Of a stretch of DNA of 64,000 bases, positions 1 to 9,805 are shown in pieces. How positions within the stretch are numbered: the stretch's first letter is position 1; each line of letters starts with the position of its first letter. Below the pieces are notes generated by a model. It worked only from the letters and a program-made list of their open reading frames with translations. It made no database searches and was not told the DNA's origin. This DNA is from Leptolyngbyaceae cyanobacterium. Its GTDB lineage: Bacteria > Cyanobacteriota > Cyanobacteriia > Phormidesmidales > Phormidesmidaceae. The translations under genes and the position numbers were made by a program. The DNA lies in the NCBI GenBank assembly GCA_965263355.1, contig CBDHHL010000056.1, positions 1,280,001 to 1,344,000 of the forward strand, read 5' to 3'.

Positions 1-733
1 AGCCATCCCCAGCGTAATGCGCAATTTGAGAATATCGACCAGTTGCGCCAACACTACGAAGCCGATGGCAATCCCGTGATGAGTGTCGATACAAAAAAAA
101 AGAATTGATTGGTCCGTTCTATCGAGCAGGCTACACCTACAACACCGAAGTGATAGACGTCTATGACCATGATTGGCAATCGTTGGCGGAGGGGATAGCC
201 GTTCCGCATGGTCTCTACGATTTGCGCCAAAACAAGGGCTATATTCAGATTGGGACCAGTCGAGATACCACTGAATTTGCCTGTGATTCCATCTACCACT
301 GGTGGATGCACCATGGCCGGTACGACTATCCTAATGCCACCTCTATCTTGCTTCTGTGTGATGGTGGTAGCAGTAACGGTGCGCGCTATTATATCTTCAA
401 GCAAGACCGACAACTGCTCGCCAATGACCTGGGCATTGAGATTCGCATTGCCCATTATCCCCGTATACCTCCAAGCACAATCCGATTGAACATCGGTTGT
501 TTCCTCATGTGTCTCGGGCCTGTGAAGGGGTCTTCTTTGATTCTATCGAAATGGTGAGTGACTTCATGGCTAAAGCCACGACTCAGACAGGCCTCAAGGT
601 AGTCACAACTATCATTGATGCTGTGTACGAGACCGACAGAAAAGCGACCAAGGCATTTCTAGAGCAAATGCCTATCATCTTCGACGAGTTTCTGCCTCAA
701 TGGAACTATGTCGCTCGTCCTCAACAACTCTAA
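1..733 (+). pseudogene. ISAzo13 transposase with two frameshifts (A9 run at 93-101; C4 run at 459-462)
   Basis: Frame 1 stops at 106-108; ORFs 105..557 and 497..733 continue the protein. The conserved HYPPYTSK.NPIEH motif needs one more C at 459-462. Confidence 0.8.
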
Positions 734-763
734 ATCAGGACCTTATTTAATCCTTGTTCCTTA
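1..763 (+). mobile_element. ISAzo13-family insertion sequence, 3' part (left end outside window), transposase frameshifted
   Basis: Three consecutive frames give HPQRNAQFENI...PVMSVDTKKK | ELIG...DHDW...PHGLYD...GTSRDTTEFACDSI..WW...LLLCDGGSSN...AHYP | PYTSKHNPIEHRLFPHV...QWNY, typical of ISAzo13 DDE transposases. Right end estimated near TTATTTAATCCTTGTTCCTTA (743-763). Confidence 0.85.
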
Positions 764-1077
764 GCCAATAATTTTTCAACTTAAGTTGATATCTTTGGAA
801 ACTTATCTTTCAATTCTTAGACACCTATCGATTAAATTTAAATTGGCAATAAATAATGTTATCTGAAGAGGAATATACCAGTTATCTGTAAGCACGTAGA
901 AAGCCTAAGAGAGTCTTATTTCAGTGATTTTATCTAGCCTTATAGCTTATTTAATAGGAACTCACAGTTACTAAAACAGTTATTCAGCTAAAGTACGCAT
1001 TCTGATTCTGACTCCAAATTTTATTATGGATATGATCTGGGGAATACCTAGAGAGAAAACTATAGTATCGGCTTATT

Positions 1078-3402
1078 ATGAAAGGTAAAATTCAATTAGC
1101 CCCAGCCTTAGACTTTGAAGCAGTTGTTGCTGAAGTTAAAAAGACACCAAGGCTGCGTAAAGATATTGAATTTTACAGCAGAATTATTCACACTTTACCA
1201 GCACTCATCTGGCTAAAAGATCCTGATGGTGCATATCTAGCCTGTAATCATCGTTTTGAAGATTTTCTTGGTGCCTCTGAAGAAGAAATACTGGGTAAGA
1301 CCGATTACGATTTTATGAATGCCAGGTTGGCAGACTTGTTTTGTCGGTATGATAAGGACGTAATCCTAAAAGACTCTCCAGTAATCAATGAAGAATGGAT
1401 AACCTTTTCCAATAATGGGCATCGTGAACTTCTTGAGATAAATCGACTTCCCATGTATGGCAAAAATGGGGAGTTGGTTGGCGTACTAGGCATTGGACAC
1501 AATGTTACTATTCGTAGAGAATCAGAGTTTGTACATCAAGAGTCTGATGGAAGAGCCTTTTGTCTTGTAGGCACTCATGTTGATATAACTACTCGAAAGA
1601 AAGCAAAAACATTTGATGACAAGAATGCCGAGATTCTGGAAATGATTGCCACAGGGAAACCTGCATCAGAGATTTATGCAGAAATCGCATTAATGTATGA
1701 AGAACGTCACCCTGGGCTACGATGTTCAATGCTTGAATTACAGGATGGTCGACTTATGCACGGAGGAGCTCCAAGCCTGCCAAAGGAATATTGCGATGCT
1801 GTTCATGGTCTGAAAAACGGTCCTAACGTAGGTTCATGTGGTACATCAACTTATACTGGCAAGCGTGTTCTTGTTGAAAATATTGAAACCGATCCCAAAT
1901 GGGCCAAGATCAAGCATGTGGCACTTCCCCATGGTATGCGATGCTGTTGGTCTGAACCGATTAAAAATTCCTCAGGCATAGTTTTAGGTGCATTTGGGAT
2001 GTATTATAACTATCCCGCACTGCCAAATGAGGAGGAATCAAACGATCTTAAGTCTGCAGCAAGGCTGGCTGGGATTGTGATGGAGCGAGATCAGGCCCAA
2101 AAGCGTATACGAGAATTAGCGTATATCGATGACTTAACAGGAATTTCTAATCGTGCTAGCTTCTATCAGAAGCTTGAAATATCAATCAAACGGTCTAATC
2201 GCAGCAAATCACGTTTGGGGATTCTATACATTGACTTAGATGATTTTAAGAGTGTTAATGACACGTTAGGTCACGATGCTGGTGACTTACTACTACAGGA
2301 AATTGCTAAGCGGCTGCAGAAAGTTACTCGTGAAAATGATTTTGTTGCCCGCCTTAGTGGTGATGAATTCTGTATTCTTATCAATGATGTAAATAATAAC
2401 TATGCTGCAGCCTATGTGGCCCAACATTGCCTTAAAGTAATATCAAAGCCAGTCGAGCTATTGGCCAGAAAATTCACTCCAGCTTGCAGTATTGGGATTG
2501 CACATTACCCTGATGACGGTCCGGATCTTTCCACATTAATAAAAGCAGCGGATACGTCGCTTTATGCGGCAAAGGAACGGGGCAAAAATCAGTATGCCTT
2601 CTATAAGCCTGAATTAACTCGAAAAGCAGAGTATCGGTTTCGGATGGAACAAAATTTGCGAGAGGCGGTAGAAAAACAGCAGCTATCCTTGGTTTATCAA
2701 CCTCAAATTCAGCTTCTTACTGGCAATATTATCGGTGTTGAGGCATTGTCACGTTGGTATCATCCACGGTTAGGATATGTTTCACCTACTGATTTTATTG
2801 CTACAGCCGAGAAAATAGGAATGATTAAACCTCTCACTGAATGGGTATTAAAAACAGCCTGTAATCAAGCAGTTGCGTGGAAAAAGTTGGGTTTACCTGC
2901 GATTCGTATGGCGGTTAATATCTCTCCAGTTCACTTTCTCGATCAGGATTTCGTGTCATTGATTCAACGTGTTATTGATGAGACCGGCATGGTGCCATCA
3001 GAATTGGAACTCGAGGTGACTGAGAGTGTTGTGCAAACGGATCAGCAAAATCTCTCGACGTTTCAATCATTGAAAGAGCTGGGTGTATTGCTGGCAATCG
3101 ATGATTTCGGAACAGGCTATTCGTCGTTTGCATCTCTCAAACATTTGACAATTGATTGTCTGAAAATCGATAAGTATTTTATCAATGATATGCTAATTGA
3201 CTATAAAGCTAAAAGCTTGATTGGCTCTATGATAGAGATGTGTCGCAATCTGGAACATGAAGTCATTGCTGAAGGTGTTGAGACTGAAGAACAATGTCAT
3301 ACACTCCAAAATTTTGGTTGTGAAATTGCTCAAGGTTATCTATTTAGCAGACCTGTCAACTCTGATGAAATATCAAAACTTTTGAATAGTACTATTGCCT
3401 GA
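1078..3402 (+). CDS. PAS-GAF-GGDEF-EAL diguanylate cyclase/phosphodiesterase
   Basis: PAS (IWLKDPDGAYLACN..FE..LG...GKTDYDF), GAF (GSCGT...CWSEPI), SGDEF with RxxD I-site (REND), EALSRW, AIDDFGTGYSS, LKIDK, IAEGVET, QGYLFSRP. Confidence 0.93.
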   Translation: MKGKIQLAPALDFEAVVAEVKKTPRLRKDIEFYSRIIHTLPALIWLKDPDGAYLACNHRFEDFLGASEEEILGKTDYDFMNARLADLFCRYDKDVILKDSPVINEEWITFSNNGHRELLEINRLPMYGKNGELVGVLGIGHNVTIRRESEFVHQESDGRAFCLVGTHVDITTRKKAKTFDDKNAEILEMIATGKPASEIYAEIALMYEERHPGLRCSMLELQDGRLMHGGAPSLPKEYCDAVHGLKNGPNVGSCGTSTYTGKRVLVENIETDPKWAKIKHVALPHGMRCCWSEPIKNSSGIVLGAFGMYYNYPALPNEEESNDLKSAARLAGIVMERDQAQKRIRELAYIDDLTGISNRASFYQKLEISIKRSNRSKSRLGILYIDLDDFKSVNDTLGHDAGDLLLQEIAKRLQKVTRENDFVARLSGDEFCILINDVNNNYAAAYVAQHCLKVISKPVELLARKFTPACSIGIAHYPDDGPDLSTLIKAADTSLYAAKERGKNQYAFYKPELTRKAEYRFRMEQNLREAVEKQQLSLVYQPQIQLLTGNIIGVEALSRWYHPRLGYVSPTDFIATAEKIGMIKPLTEWVLKTACNQAVAWKKLGLPAIRMAVNISPVHFLDQDFVSLIQRVIDETGMVPSELELEVTESVVQTDQQNLSTFQSLKELGVLLAIDDFGTGYSSFASLKHLTIDCLKIDKYFINDMLIDYKAKSLIGSMIEMCRNLEHEVIAEGVETEEQCHTLQNFGCEIAQGYLFSRPVNSDEISKLLNSTIA

Positions 3403-3459
3403 GTAGCAATTCGCCCAGTAACTTTCATCATCTGGTTTTGTTTTTTGGGGTTTGCCTCC

Positions 3460-3924
3460 CTAAAGTTTTTGCATCATAAACACACTATTTGGATCCTCTA
3501 GATAATCACCAAAAGGGCCTTGATACTCAAATCCATGACGTGTGTATAGGGCACGTGCTGTAGCAAACTCATCCATCGAACCTGTTTCCAGATTTAGACA
3601 TTTGTAACCACGTTGTTTCGCATTTCTAATGATGTGTTTTAGCATTGTTGAGCCAATTCCCCTACCCCGATGGGCCTGAGCCGTGCGCATTGACTTAATC
3701 TCACCGCTAGTAGCGTCCAGTTCTTTTAATGCACCACAGCCCACCAACTCATCTCCTTCCCAAACAGACCAAAACGTAATCTCTGGTATACGCAGTGCCT
3801 TTAGACCCAATGCATGCACACTTTCAGGGGGCGTAATCTTGTACATTTCGTCCAGATGTTCCTGGAGAAATGCAGCAATGGCTTGACCCGTTAGATCATC
3901 TTCGCGAATCTGAAATTGACTCAT
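3460..3924 (-). CDS. GNAT family N-acetyltransferase (YedL-like)
   Basis: PPESVHAL, GCGALKEL, GEIKSMRT, RGRGIG acetyl-CoA motif, LETGS. Confidence 0.9.
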   Translation of the reverse strand: MSQFQIREDDLTGQAIAAFLQEHLDEMYKITPPESVHALGLKALRIPEITFWSVWEGDELVGCGALKELDATSGEIKSMRTAQAHRGRGIGSTMLKHIIRNAKQRGYKCLNLETGSMDEFATARALYTRHGFEYQGPFGDYLEDPNSVFMMQKL

Positions 3925-4003
3925 CGTTGTTACTGGCTAGAGACACTTTTCCATTGTGAAGCAAATGATCGAGGAATGTGTATACAAAATAACCAGAAGC
4001 AAA

Positions 4004-5068
4004 TTAAGGTAGCTGCACCTTTTCTACCCCTTCCCTTGTCGCAACAATTGCCCATCGGTGTGTAGTATCTAATGCTAACGCCTGAATAATTCCGTGGACA
4101 GGATACTCCGCCAGAACCTGTCCACTCGTCAAGTCGATGGTAGCCAACCAGGATCCTGCTCCATAGATGAGCGTTTGTCGATCTAAAAACGCAATGGTAC
4201 TTTGCCACGGATGGTAGGCGGCATGGGGATGTTGGATATACGGCATAGGCTTTTCCCAAACAATGTGGAAAAAACTGGCAACGAGTTCTTTGTCGGAAGA
4301 GAAGTCATGGTCTGCAGGTATTTGCTGTAGCTTACTGCGATCTAGATAGCGACAGGTAATAAATGCCTGGGGCGGAGAGCCAACACCCTTATAACTAGTA
4401 TGGAGTAGATAATCACCCTCCGCACTTAAACATAGACGATCCTCATGACAGCGGACATCTCCCCAAAAATTTCCTAGATAAATAAGCTGGTCCGTTGCTA
4501 AATCGTCGATTCGATACAGCTCAAATTGTATAAACTGATCGGTATTTTCAACAATCAAAAACTGTAAGTGTGGATCCACTGCGATTATGCCGGTATAGTC
4601 GGTCCATCGTCGCTTCAGGCGCAGAATTGAAGACGGTATTAATGGAGAAACCAGGGGTACACATTGTACATCTCCAAAATTCTCAGCGACTACCAGGTAA
4701 CCAGGGCAATGATGCAGCGTATCAATCTCAGGACATGCGTCATGGCCAACGATCAGATCATCCATATTGGTCTCTTCTAATGGCATATGCGCTAGCCGTT
4801 GTCGTTGCTGTAATTGCCAACTATGCCAGTCGAGGAACAAAAGTGTGCTGTTGGTTTGACCCGGCTCAACCAGAACTAACGTATCGTTGACCCGACAAAG
4901 GGGTGGAATCCGTTGCCAATGAAATAAGACATGATGATCGTCCAGCATGCGAGGTGTTTGGCCAGATACGTCCCACCGGAGCAGCCGATTTGGATGCACT
5001 GGTGTGATCACCTCTTGGCGCTCTGGATGATAAACAATCGACTTACAATCCACACAGGTCATTTTCAA
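4004..5068 (-). CDS. hypothetical protein, possibly beta-propeller
   Basis: 354-aa ORF (TTG start with GGAG-like context uncertain); beta-strand-rich WD-like segments; no family recognised. Confidence 0.55.
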   Translation of the reverse strand: MKMTCVDCKSIVYHPERQEVITPVHPNRLLRWDVSGQTPRMLDDHHVLFHWQRIPPLCRVNDTLVLVEPGQTNSTLLFLDWHSWQLQQRQRLAHMPLEETNMDDLIVGHDACPEIDTLHHCPGYLVVAENFGDVQCVPLVSPLIPSSILRLKRRWTDYTGIIAVDPHLQFLIVENTDQFIQFELYRIDDLATDQLIYLGNFWGDVRCHEDRLCLSAEGDYLLHTSYKGVGSPPQAFITCRYLDRSKLQQIPADHDFSSDKELVASFFHIVWEKPMPYIQHPHAAYHPWQSTIAFLDRQTLIYGAGSWLATIDLTSGQVLAEYPVHGIIQALALDTTHRWAIVATREGVEKVQLP

Positions 5069-5172
5069 GGAGACTTTAATGTACAGGCTTGGTAAACGTG
5101 AATCTTTCTGTAGATCTTAGATTCTCCCAAAAAGAACTGTCGTTCCCAGCTAAATGAAATTCTATGCTTTGC

Positions 5173-6963
5173 CTATACTATCTGCAGTGCATGCAATTTA
5201 GAGTAAAGACCGTCCTGTTGCAGCAGTTGTCGATGATGGCCGATTTCTTGGATTTTTCCTTGATCTAGCACGATAATCCGATCGGCTTGACGAATTGTCG
5301 ACAGCCGATGGGCGACGACAAATGTCGTGCGTCCTTTCATGAGCTTTGACAGAGCGGTCTGGATCATAGCTTCAGAAGCTGTATCGAGCGATGCAGTGGC
5401 CTCATCTAAAATCAGCACCCTGGGGTTACGAATAAGGGCCCGAGCAATGGCCAGCCGCTGCCGTTGACCGCCTGACAGTCGCACTCCATTTTCGCCAATG
5501 GATGTATTTAATCCCTCGGGCAGCTGGGCAATAAAGTCTTCTGCCTGGGCGTCTTGGATGGCTTGTTTCAGGTGTGCATCAGCCACAGTTTCAGTGCCGT
5601 AAAGAATGTTGTCTCGTACATTGCCCTCAAACAAAATTGTTTCCTGGGCTACTACCGAAACGAACTGTCGATAGGTGCGCAGGTCCAATTGATTCATATC
5701 TTGACCGTCTAGTAAAATCCGGCCACTTGTTGGTCGCAAAAAGCCAATGACCAGATTAACCAGGGTAGACTTTCCAGCCCCTGAGGGACCCACCAGGGCA
5801 ATGGTTTCTCCGGCTGCTACGGTTAGCTCAATCCCTTGCAAAGCTGGATATGGCTGTTCTGGATAGGTAAAACTAACGTTCTCAAAGCAAAATGCCCCAG
5901 TGATCTGCTTAACTGCCTGTTTACCCTGGTTAGACTCTACGTCAGCACATTCTAGTACTTCGCCCACCGAGCAAATAGCCTCTACACCAGTGGCCATTTG
6001 GGGCAGGACCGCCAAAATTTGGGCAATGGACTGGGTCAGCGTATTAAAGTACCCCGTTAGTAACACTACATCCCCGGTAGAAATGTTGAGCTGTCCTGTA
6101 TAGGCCAGATAGGCGGATGTGAGTAAACAGGCCGCATTAAATAAACGCAGGGTGATCCAGGTAGACGCATTGGTAATGGCATTGATGCCGTCTAAACGCA
6201 TGCCTGCTTGCTTGACGGATGCCAACTTGGTCTGGGTACGCTCAATGGCGGTGGCCTCAGCCCCATGGGCGCGGGTAACCGGAACCAGCTTAATCATGTC
6301 TGTAAGATGGGCCGACATCGCCTCTACCTGTTTGCGAAAGGTGTGGTTGCGATCGCGCATCGGCTGCCTCAATACCCGCACAATTAGTACAGCTGCCGGC
6401 ACCGTCGCTACAAAGAACAGCAAAAACCAGGGGGCGCGCTGAGACGTGACGACAATGGCTATGGCTATGGTCAATAATGCTGCCGGAATAAACTGAAAAA
6501 CATCCCGAGTCAGCTGTTGAATTTTTTCCACATCCTGCAATAGTTTTGCCTGGATGGCTCCAGTACTACGGCGACTGTGATAGCTAATGGATAGCTGCTG
6601 CAGCCGCCAGGTCATGGCCGAACGCAGGGTTAACTCCATCTGGCGTGTGGCTGCACTCATAGCCCAAATGTGCAGATAGTGCATGGGCAGATTTTGAATA
6701 ATGCTGACCACCAAAATCGCACCGTTAATCCAAAGGCTGGACAGACTATGCTGTTCTGGCTGCGTCAAAATATCGATAATGTTGGCGATTATCAGGGGCC
6801 GAATCCATTCGGGGCTGTGTTTAATAACAAAAAAGCCAAACGACAGCGCCAACTTCTGCCAGTCATGACGGTAGAGCAGACACAGTGTCCGCAAGGGAGC
6901 ATCACTGCGATAGTCAAACCCAAGGCCAGCGGGAAAACTCTGAGCGGCAGAAACCATGGGCAT
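5173..6963 (-). CDS. ABC transporter, fused permease/ATP-binding protein
   Basis: N-terminal TM domain; GPSGAGKS, LSGGQRQR, ILDEATASLD, VAHRLST. Confidence 0.93.
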   Translation of the reverse strand: MPMVSAAQSFPAGLGFDYRSDAPLRTLCLLYRHDWQKLALSFGFFVIKHSPEWIRPLIIANIIDILTQPEQHSLSSLWINGAILVVSIIQNLPMHYLHIWAMSAATRQMELTLRSAMTWRLQQLSISYHSRRSTGAIQAKLLQDVEKIQQLTRDVFQFIPAALLTIAIAIVVTSQRAPWFLLFFVATVPAAVLIVRVLRQPMRDRNHTFRKQVEAMSAHLTDMIKLVPVTRAHGAEATAIERTQTKLASVKQAGMRLDGINAITNASTWITLRLFNAACLLTSAYLAYTGQLNISTGDVVLLTGYFNTLTQSIAQILAVLPQMATGVEAICSVGEVLECADVESNQGKQAVKQITGAFCFENVSFTYPEQPYPALQGIELTVAAGETIALVGPSGAGKSTLVNLVIGFLRPTSGRILLDGQDMNQLDLRTYRQFVSVVAQETILFEGNVRDNILYGTETVADAHLKQAIQDAQAEDFIAQLPEGLNTSIGENGVRLSGGQRQRLAIARALIRNPRVLILDEATASLDTASEAMIQTALSKLMKGRTTFVVAHRLSTIRQADRIIVLDQGKIQEIGHHRQLLQQDGLYSKLHALQIV

Positions 6964-7061
6964 TGGTTAACCAAAAATGTGACGGTACTCCTTTATTGTG
7001 ACTTATACGAGATCCTGGCTGCTAGCCTCTGGTATCCCAGGGCAACCACAAGGGATTGCCC

Positions 7062-8048
7062 CTACGATGCCACCACATCTCGCACAAACTCGACTAGCTT
7101 TTCACTGCCAACTTTAGCGGCTATATTAATCGGGAGCCTTCGCAAATACCAATAAACTGTCCAGGAAAGTGACTCTTGGGGAGAGATTTTTGTATAGGCA
7201 CCTTGTTGCTCAATTTCAATGTAGGGACGCTCAGCATTGGCAAAAATTTCAATCTCGCCTTCAGTGGGGGCCTGGTGGTCAAGGGGAATATCCTGGAATG
7301 ATTTGATCAACAGTTTGTCCCCATCTAGATGGGCCAACCAGCCTTCAGCCCCATCGGCATAAAGCTTTTGGTTAGCCTGAATAGTCTGGCTATCATACTT
7401 AAACCAGGTAATGCCATTTAGTTCTTGGGTGGTTAACGGCTCAAATGGCCCTGACCCCAATGTAGCATCGCCGGTTGGATAAAAGGTTAAACCGTCTGGA
7501 TGGACCCGTGAAACTTCCCAGGGAGAGAAGGTTTGAGATGTCTCTGAGAAGTTAGTGATTGTATACTCAACCGCAACCCTAGACCGTTGTACATCAAGCA
7601 CAAATCGTTTAGTGATTTGTAATTCTAGCTCAGCACTGATTTCACTTTTCATCAATACTGCAGAGCTATTTGTCTCTACCGTGTAGGGGTCAGTATCGAT
7701 TTCTGCAATGGGTGGCCATTCCCAGATATTTTGAGGACTGGGCCAAAAGGTAGAACCATAGTTCTGGGGATCTACAGAGGGGGGTGTCAAAATGTTTTCG
7801 TCATCTAATCGAAATGCGATTATCCTAGCCCCATGGGATGGATCGACCTCAAACGTGAGATTATCTGACTGCAACACATAGGGGTTAGGTTGACGAGGGG
7901 CTGTAGTCTGAATGTCTCTATCTTGGCTGGCCATCACTGGCTGACTGAGCATAAGCCAGCTGAGGGAAAATGCCACAATCGTTAATAGAATTGATCGGAG
8001 ACGGTTTTGCCCATATTGTTTAGTCACCCTGCAACACCCGTAAAACAC
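7062..8048 (-). CDS. secreted DUF4380 / galactose-mutarotase-like protein
   Basis: Signal-peptide-like N-terminus; GARI...ENIL...GSTFWPSPQ..W.WPP, YIEIEQQG motifs. Confidence 0.6.
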   Translation of the reverse strand: MFYGCCRVTKQYGQNRLRSILLTIVAFSLSWLMLSQPVMASQDRDIQTTAPRQPNPYVLQSDNLTFEVDPSHGARIIAFRLDDENILTPPSVDPQNYGSTFWPSPQNIWEWPPIAEIDTDPYTVETNSSAVLMKSEISAELELQITKRFVLDVQRSRVAVEYTITNFSETSQTFSPWEVSRVHPDGLTFYPTGDATLGSGPFEPLTTQELNGITWFKYDSQTIQANQKLYADGAEGWLAHLDGDKLLIKSFQDIPLDHQAPTEGEIEIFANAERPYIEIEQQGAYTKISPQESLSWTVYWYLRRLPINIAAKVGSEKLVEFVRDVVAS

Positions 8049-8097
8049 TAAGCTATCATTTTACATAACTACAGGTGGCTCAGGGCAAGCTCACAAA

Positions 8098-8913
8098 TTA
8101 TAGTGACTGTCTCACGTCATCAGTTTTTTGAACTTGTTCTGGGCTAAAGCCCGCCTGTTGTAGGTGATCTAAAAACCAAGCTTCTTGGTAGGCAGACTCC
8201 AGGTAGATGGCCTGTTGATAGGCCTGTTGGGCGGCAAGGGTGTCTTGGTTATCCCAATGGGCAATGGCCAGGGCAACTAGGGGATGGGGGTTACCAGGTT
8301 CCAGGTCAGCCGCTTGTTGGGCATTTGCGATCGCACGCCCATAATCTTCCAACCGATGGTATGCCAGACTCAGATTGTAATAGCCGATTTCATTGTCTGG
8401 CTGTAGGGTAACTGCCTTAGTATGGGTCTCTACGGCGTTTTTCAACTGGCCATCCACCAGATACACAATACCCAATGCATTTAAGGCAGGAACATGGCCA
8501 TCATTTTGCGCTAGCGTCTGTTGTAGTACATCAATGGCATTATCCGATTGCCCATCCAAATGTAAAGTCCAGCCTAAAATCACCTGTCCAGAGAGATTCT
8601 GTGGGTCCAATGTAACGGCCTCTTGGAGGGCTGCGATCGCATCTGTATAGCGCCCCTGCCCACGATATTCTAGACCTAGCTGACGATATTGAGCCGCAGC
8701 GGCTTTTTCTGCGGCAGAGGGTTCAGGGCCAGGCGCTTTGGCTGTCTCCTGGTTAGAGGTAGCTGGGGGCTGATTGACCGAGGTGGAGGGACTGGCAGGC
8801 TGAGATGGTGGGGAAGACCCACGGCACCCCAATAGGCTGACGACTAGTAGGGCACTAACCATGGCTTTGGCCGCTTGGCTTGGATTGCTATTTCGCATTA
8901 TGAATAATGACAT
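8098..8913 (-). CDS. tetratricopeptide-repeat lipoprotein
   Basis: Lipobox-like LLGC, P/S/A linker, several TPR units (LG..Y...G.Y..AI...A..LDP). Confidence 0.85.
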   Translation of the reverse strand: MSLFIMRNSNPSQAAKAMVSALLVVSLLGCRGSSPPSQPASPSTSVNQPPATSNQETAKAPGPEPSAAEKAAAAQYRQLGLEYRGQGRYTDAIAALQEAVTLDPQNLSGQVILGWTLHLDGQSDNAIDVLQQTLAQNDGHVPALNALGIVYLVDGQLKNAVETHTKAVTLQPDNEIGYYNLSLAYHRLEDYGRAIANAQQAADLEPGNPHPLVALAIAHWDNQDTLAAQQAYQQAIYLESAYQEAWFLDHLQQAGFSPEQVQKTDDVRQSL

Positions 8914-8930
8914 CCTGTAAACATAGATGA

Positions 8931-9257
8931 CTAATTGCAGTAGCCCTTCACCGCATCCATCAGAATAGCCCCACAGAAATTTGTCTTTTTAGTCGTCACA
9001 TTATAAAGACGGGCGTGGCGTAAATTGGCCCCTTGCAGATTAGCATGGTTGAGATTGACAGAGTCCAACTGAGCCCATCTAAGATCAGCATTACTCAAGT
9101 CCGCCCCCGCCAAATCCGCATTGCGAATGCGGACGCCTTTTAATCGACAACCTGGGCAGCGTTTAGTCACCCTCAAGGCCATTACCTTCAGCGGCGTCTC
9201 CGCCTGAAGCAACAGCAGTAAAATGACGGTAGTAAACAAAATTCGGATCAGCTTCAT
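8931..9257 (-). CDS. pentapeptide repeat protein (exported)
   Basis: Signal peptide, CPGC, ADLAG-ADLSN-ADLRW-AQLDS-ANLQG repeats, FCGA. Confidence 0.9.
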   Translation of the reverse strand: MKLIRILFTTVILLLLLQAETPLKVMALRVTKRCPGCRLKGVRIRNADLAGADLSNADLRWAQLDSVNLNHANLQGANLRHARLYNVTTKKTNFCGAILMDAVKGYCN

Positions 9258-9285
9258 AGCTTTCCCCCAGCCCTAAAAGAACAAC

Positions 9286-9510
9286 ATAAAATACGAGTCA
9301 ATAAACTTTAACAACAAACTATCCCTGTTGAGTGATCAATTGAAGGTGATTTCATTTGGCATGAGCATCAAGATACCGACGAGACATTTATTGTACTTGA
9401 TGGTACGCTGCGCATCGATTTTAGGGATGGCAGCGTTAGCCTCAAAACCGGTGAAATGTTTGTGGTGCCAAAGGGGGTGGAGCATAAACCCTATGCCAAA
9501 AATAATGTAT
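9286..9510 (+). pseudogene. cupin-domain protein pseudogene
   Basis: Manual translation: (ATA)[17 protein letters not shown], then frameshift to [53 protein letters not shown] (both cupin metal motifs). No ATG start; internal segment and C-terminus appear lost. Confidence 0.75.
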
Positions 9511-9550
9511 TCACGAGTAATGCGTCCGAGGCAGCCCGAAGCAGATGGCG

Positions 9551-9583
9551 AAAACAAAAGCCTCTCCTAGGTAGGAAAGGCTT
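9551..9583 (-). terminator. intrinsic terminator
   Basis: Minus strand AAGCCUUUCCU-ACCU-AGGAGAGGCUU followed by UUGUUUU. Confidence 0.7.
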
Positions 9584-9591
9584 ATACGAAA

Positions 9592-9721
9592 TCCTGTTTG
9601 ATAGCACGGAGTAGAAGAGCCCAGGGATGCGCGGGAAAATAATGTACCCGTTAAGAGGCTTGGCGACAATTGGTTCCCCTTACGAAGGGGAGGAAATCCT
9701 ACAACACAATTTCAAACGGGT
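9592..9721 (-). ncRNA. ssrS: 6S RNA-like (SsaA/SsrS) element, apparently internally shortened (~130 nt)
   Basis: 5' CCGUUUGA pairs with 3' UCAAACAGG; GUAGGA pairs with UUCUAC; hairpin UCCCCUU-CGU-AAGGGGA; blocks CCGTTTGAA..GTGTTG, CGTAAGGGGA, TGTCGCCA..CCTCT..ACGG and TCAAACAGG resemble cyanobacterial 6S RNA as recalled from memory; followed by a terminator. Confidence 0.5.
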
Positions 9722-9805
9722 ATTCTATTTATTGGCAGATCCCTTACTTTATGATTGGCAGCAGACTCTCCTTTTTATTGTTCTTAAAGAGGAGAGAGTC
9801 TCTGA

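Noticed and set aside
9510..9721. Group II intron fragment, Cas12k tracrRNA or IS110 bridge RNA
   Set aside because: Only vague motif resemblance on the plus strand, no associated RT, Cas or recombinase; minus-strand end pairing plus terminator fits a 6S-like RNA better.
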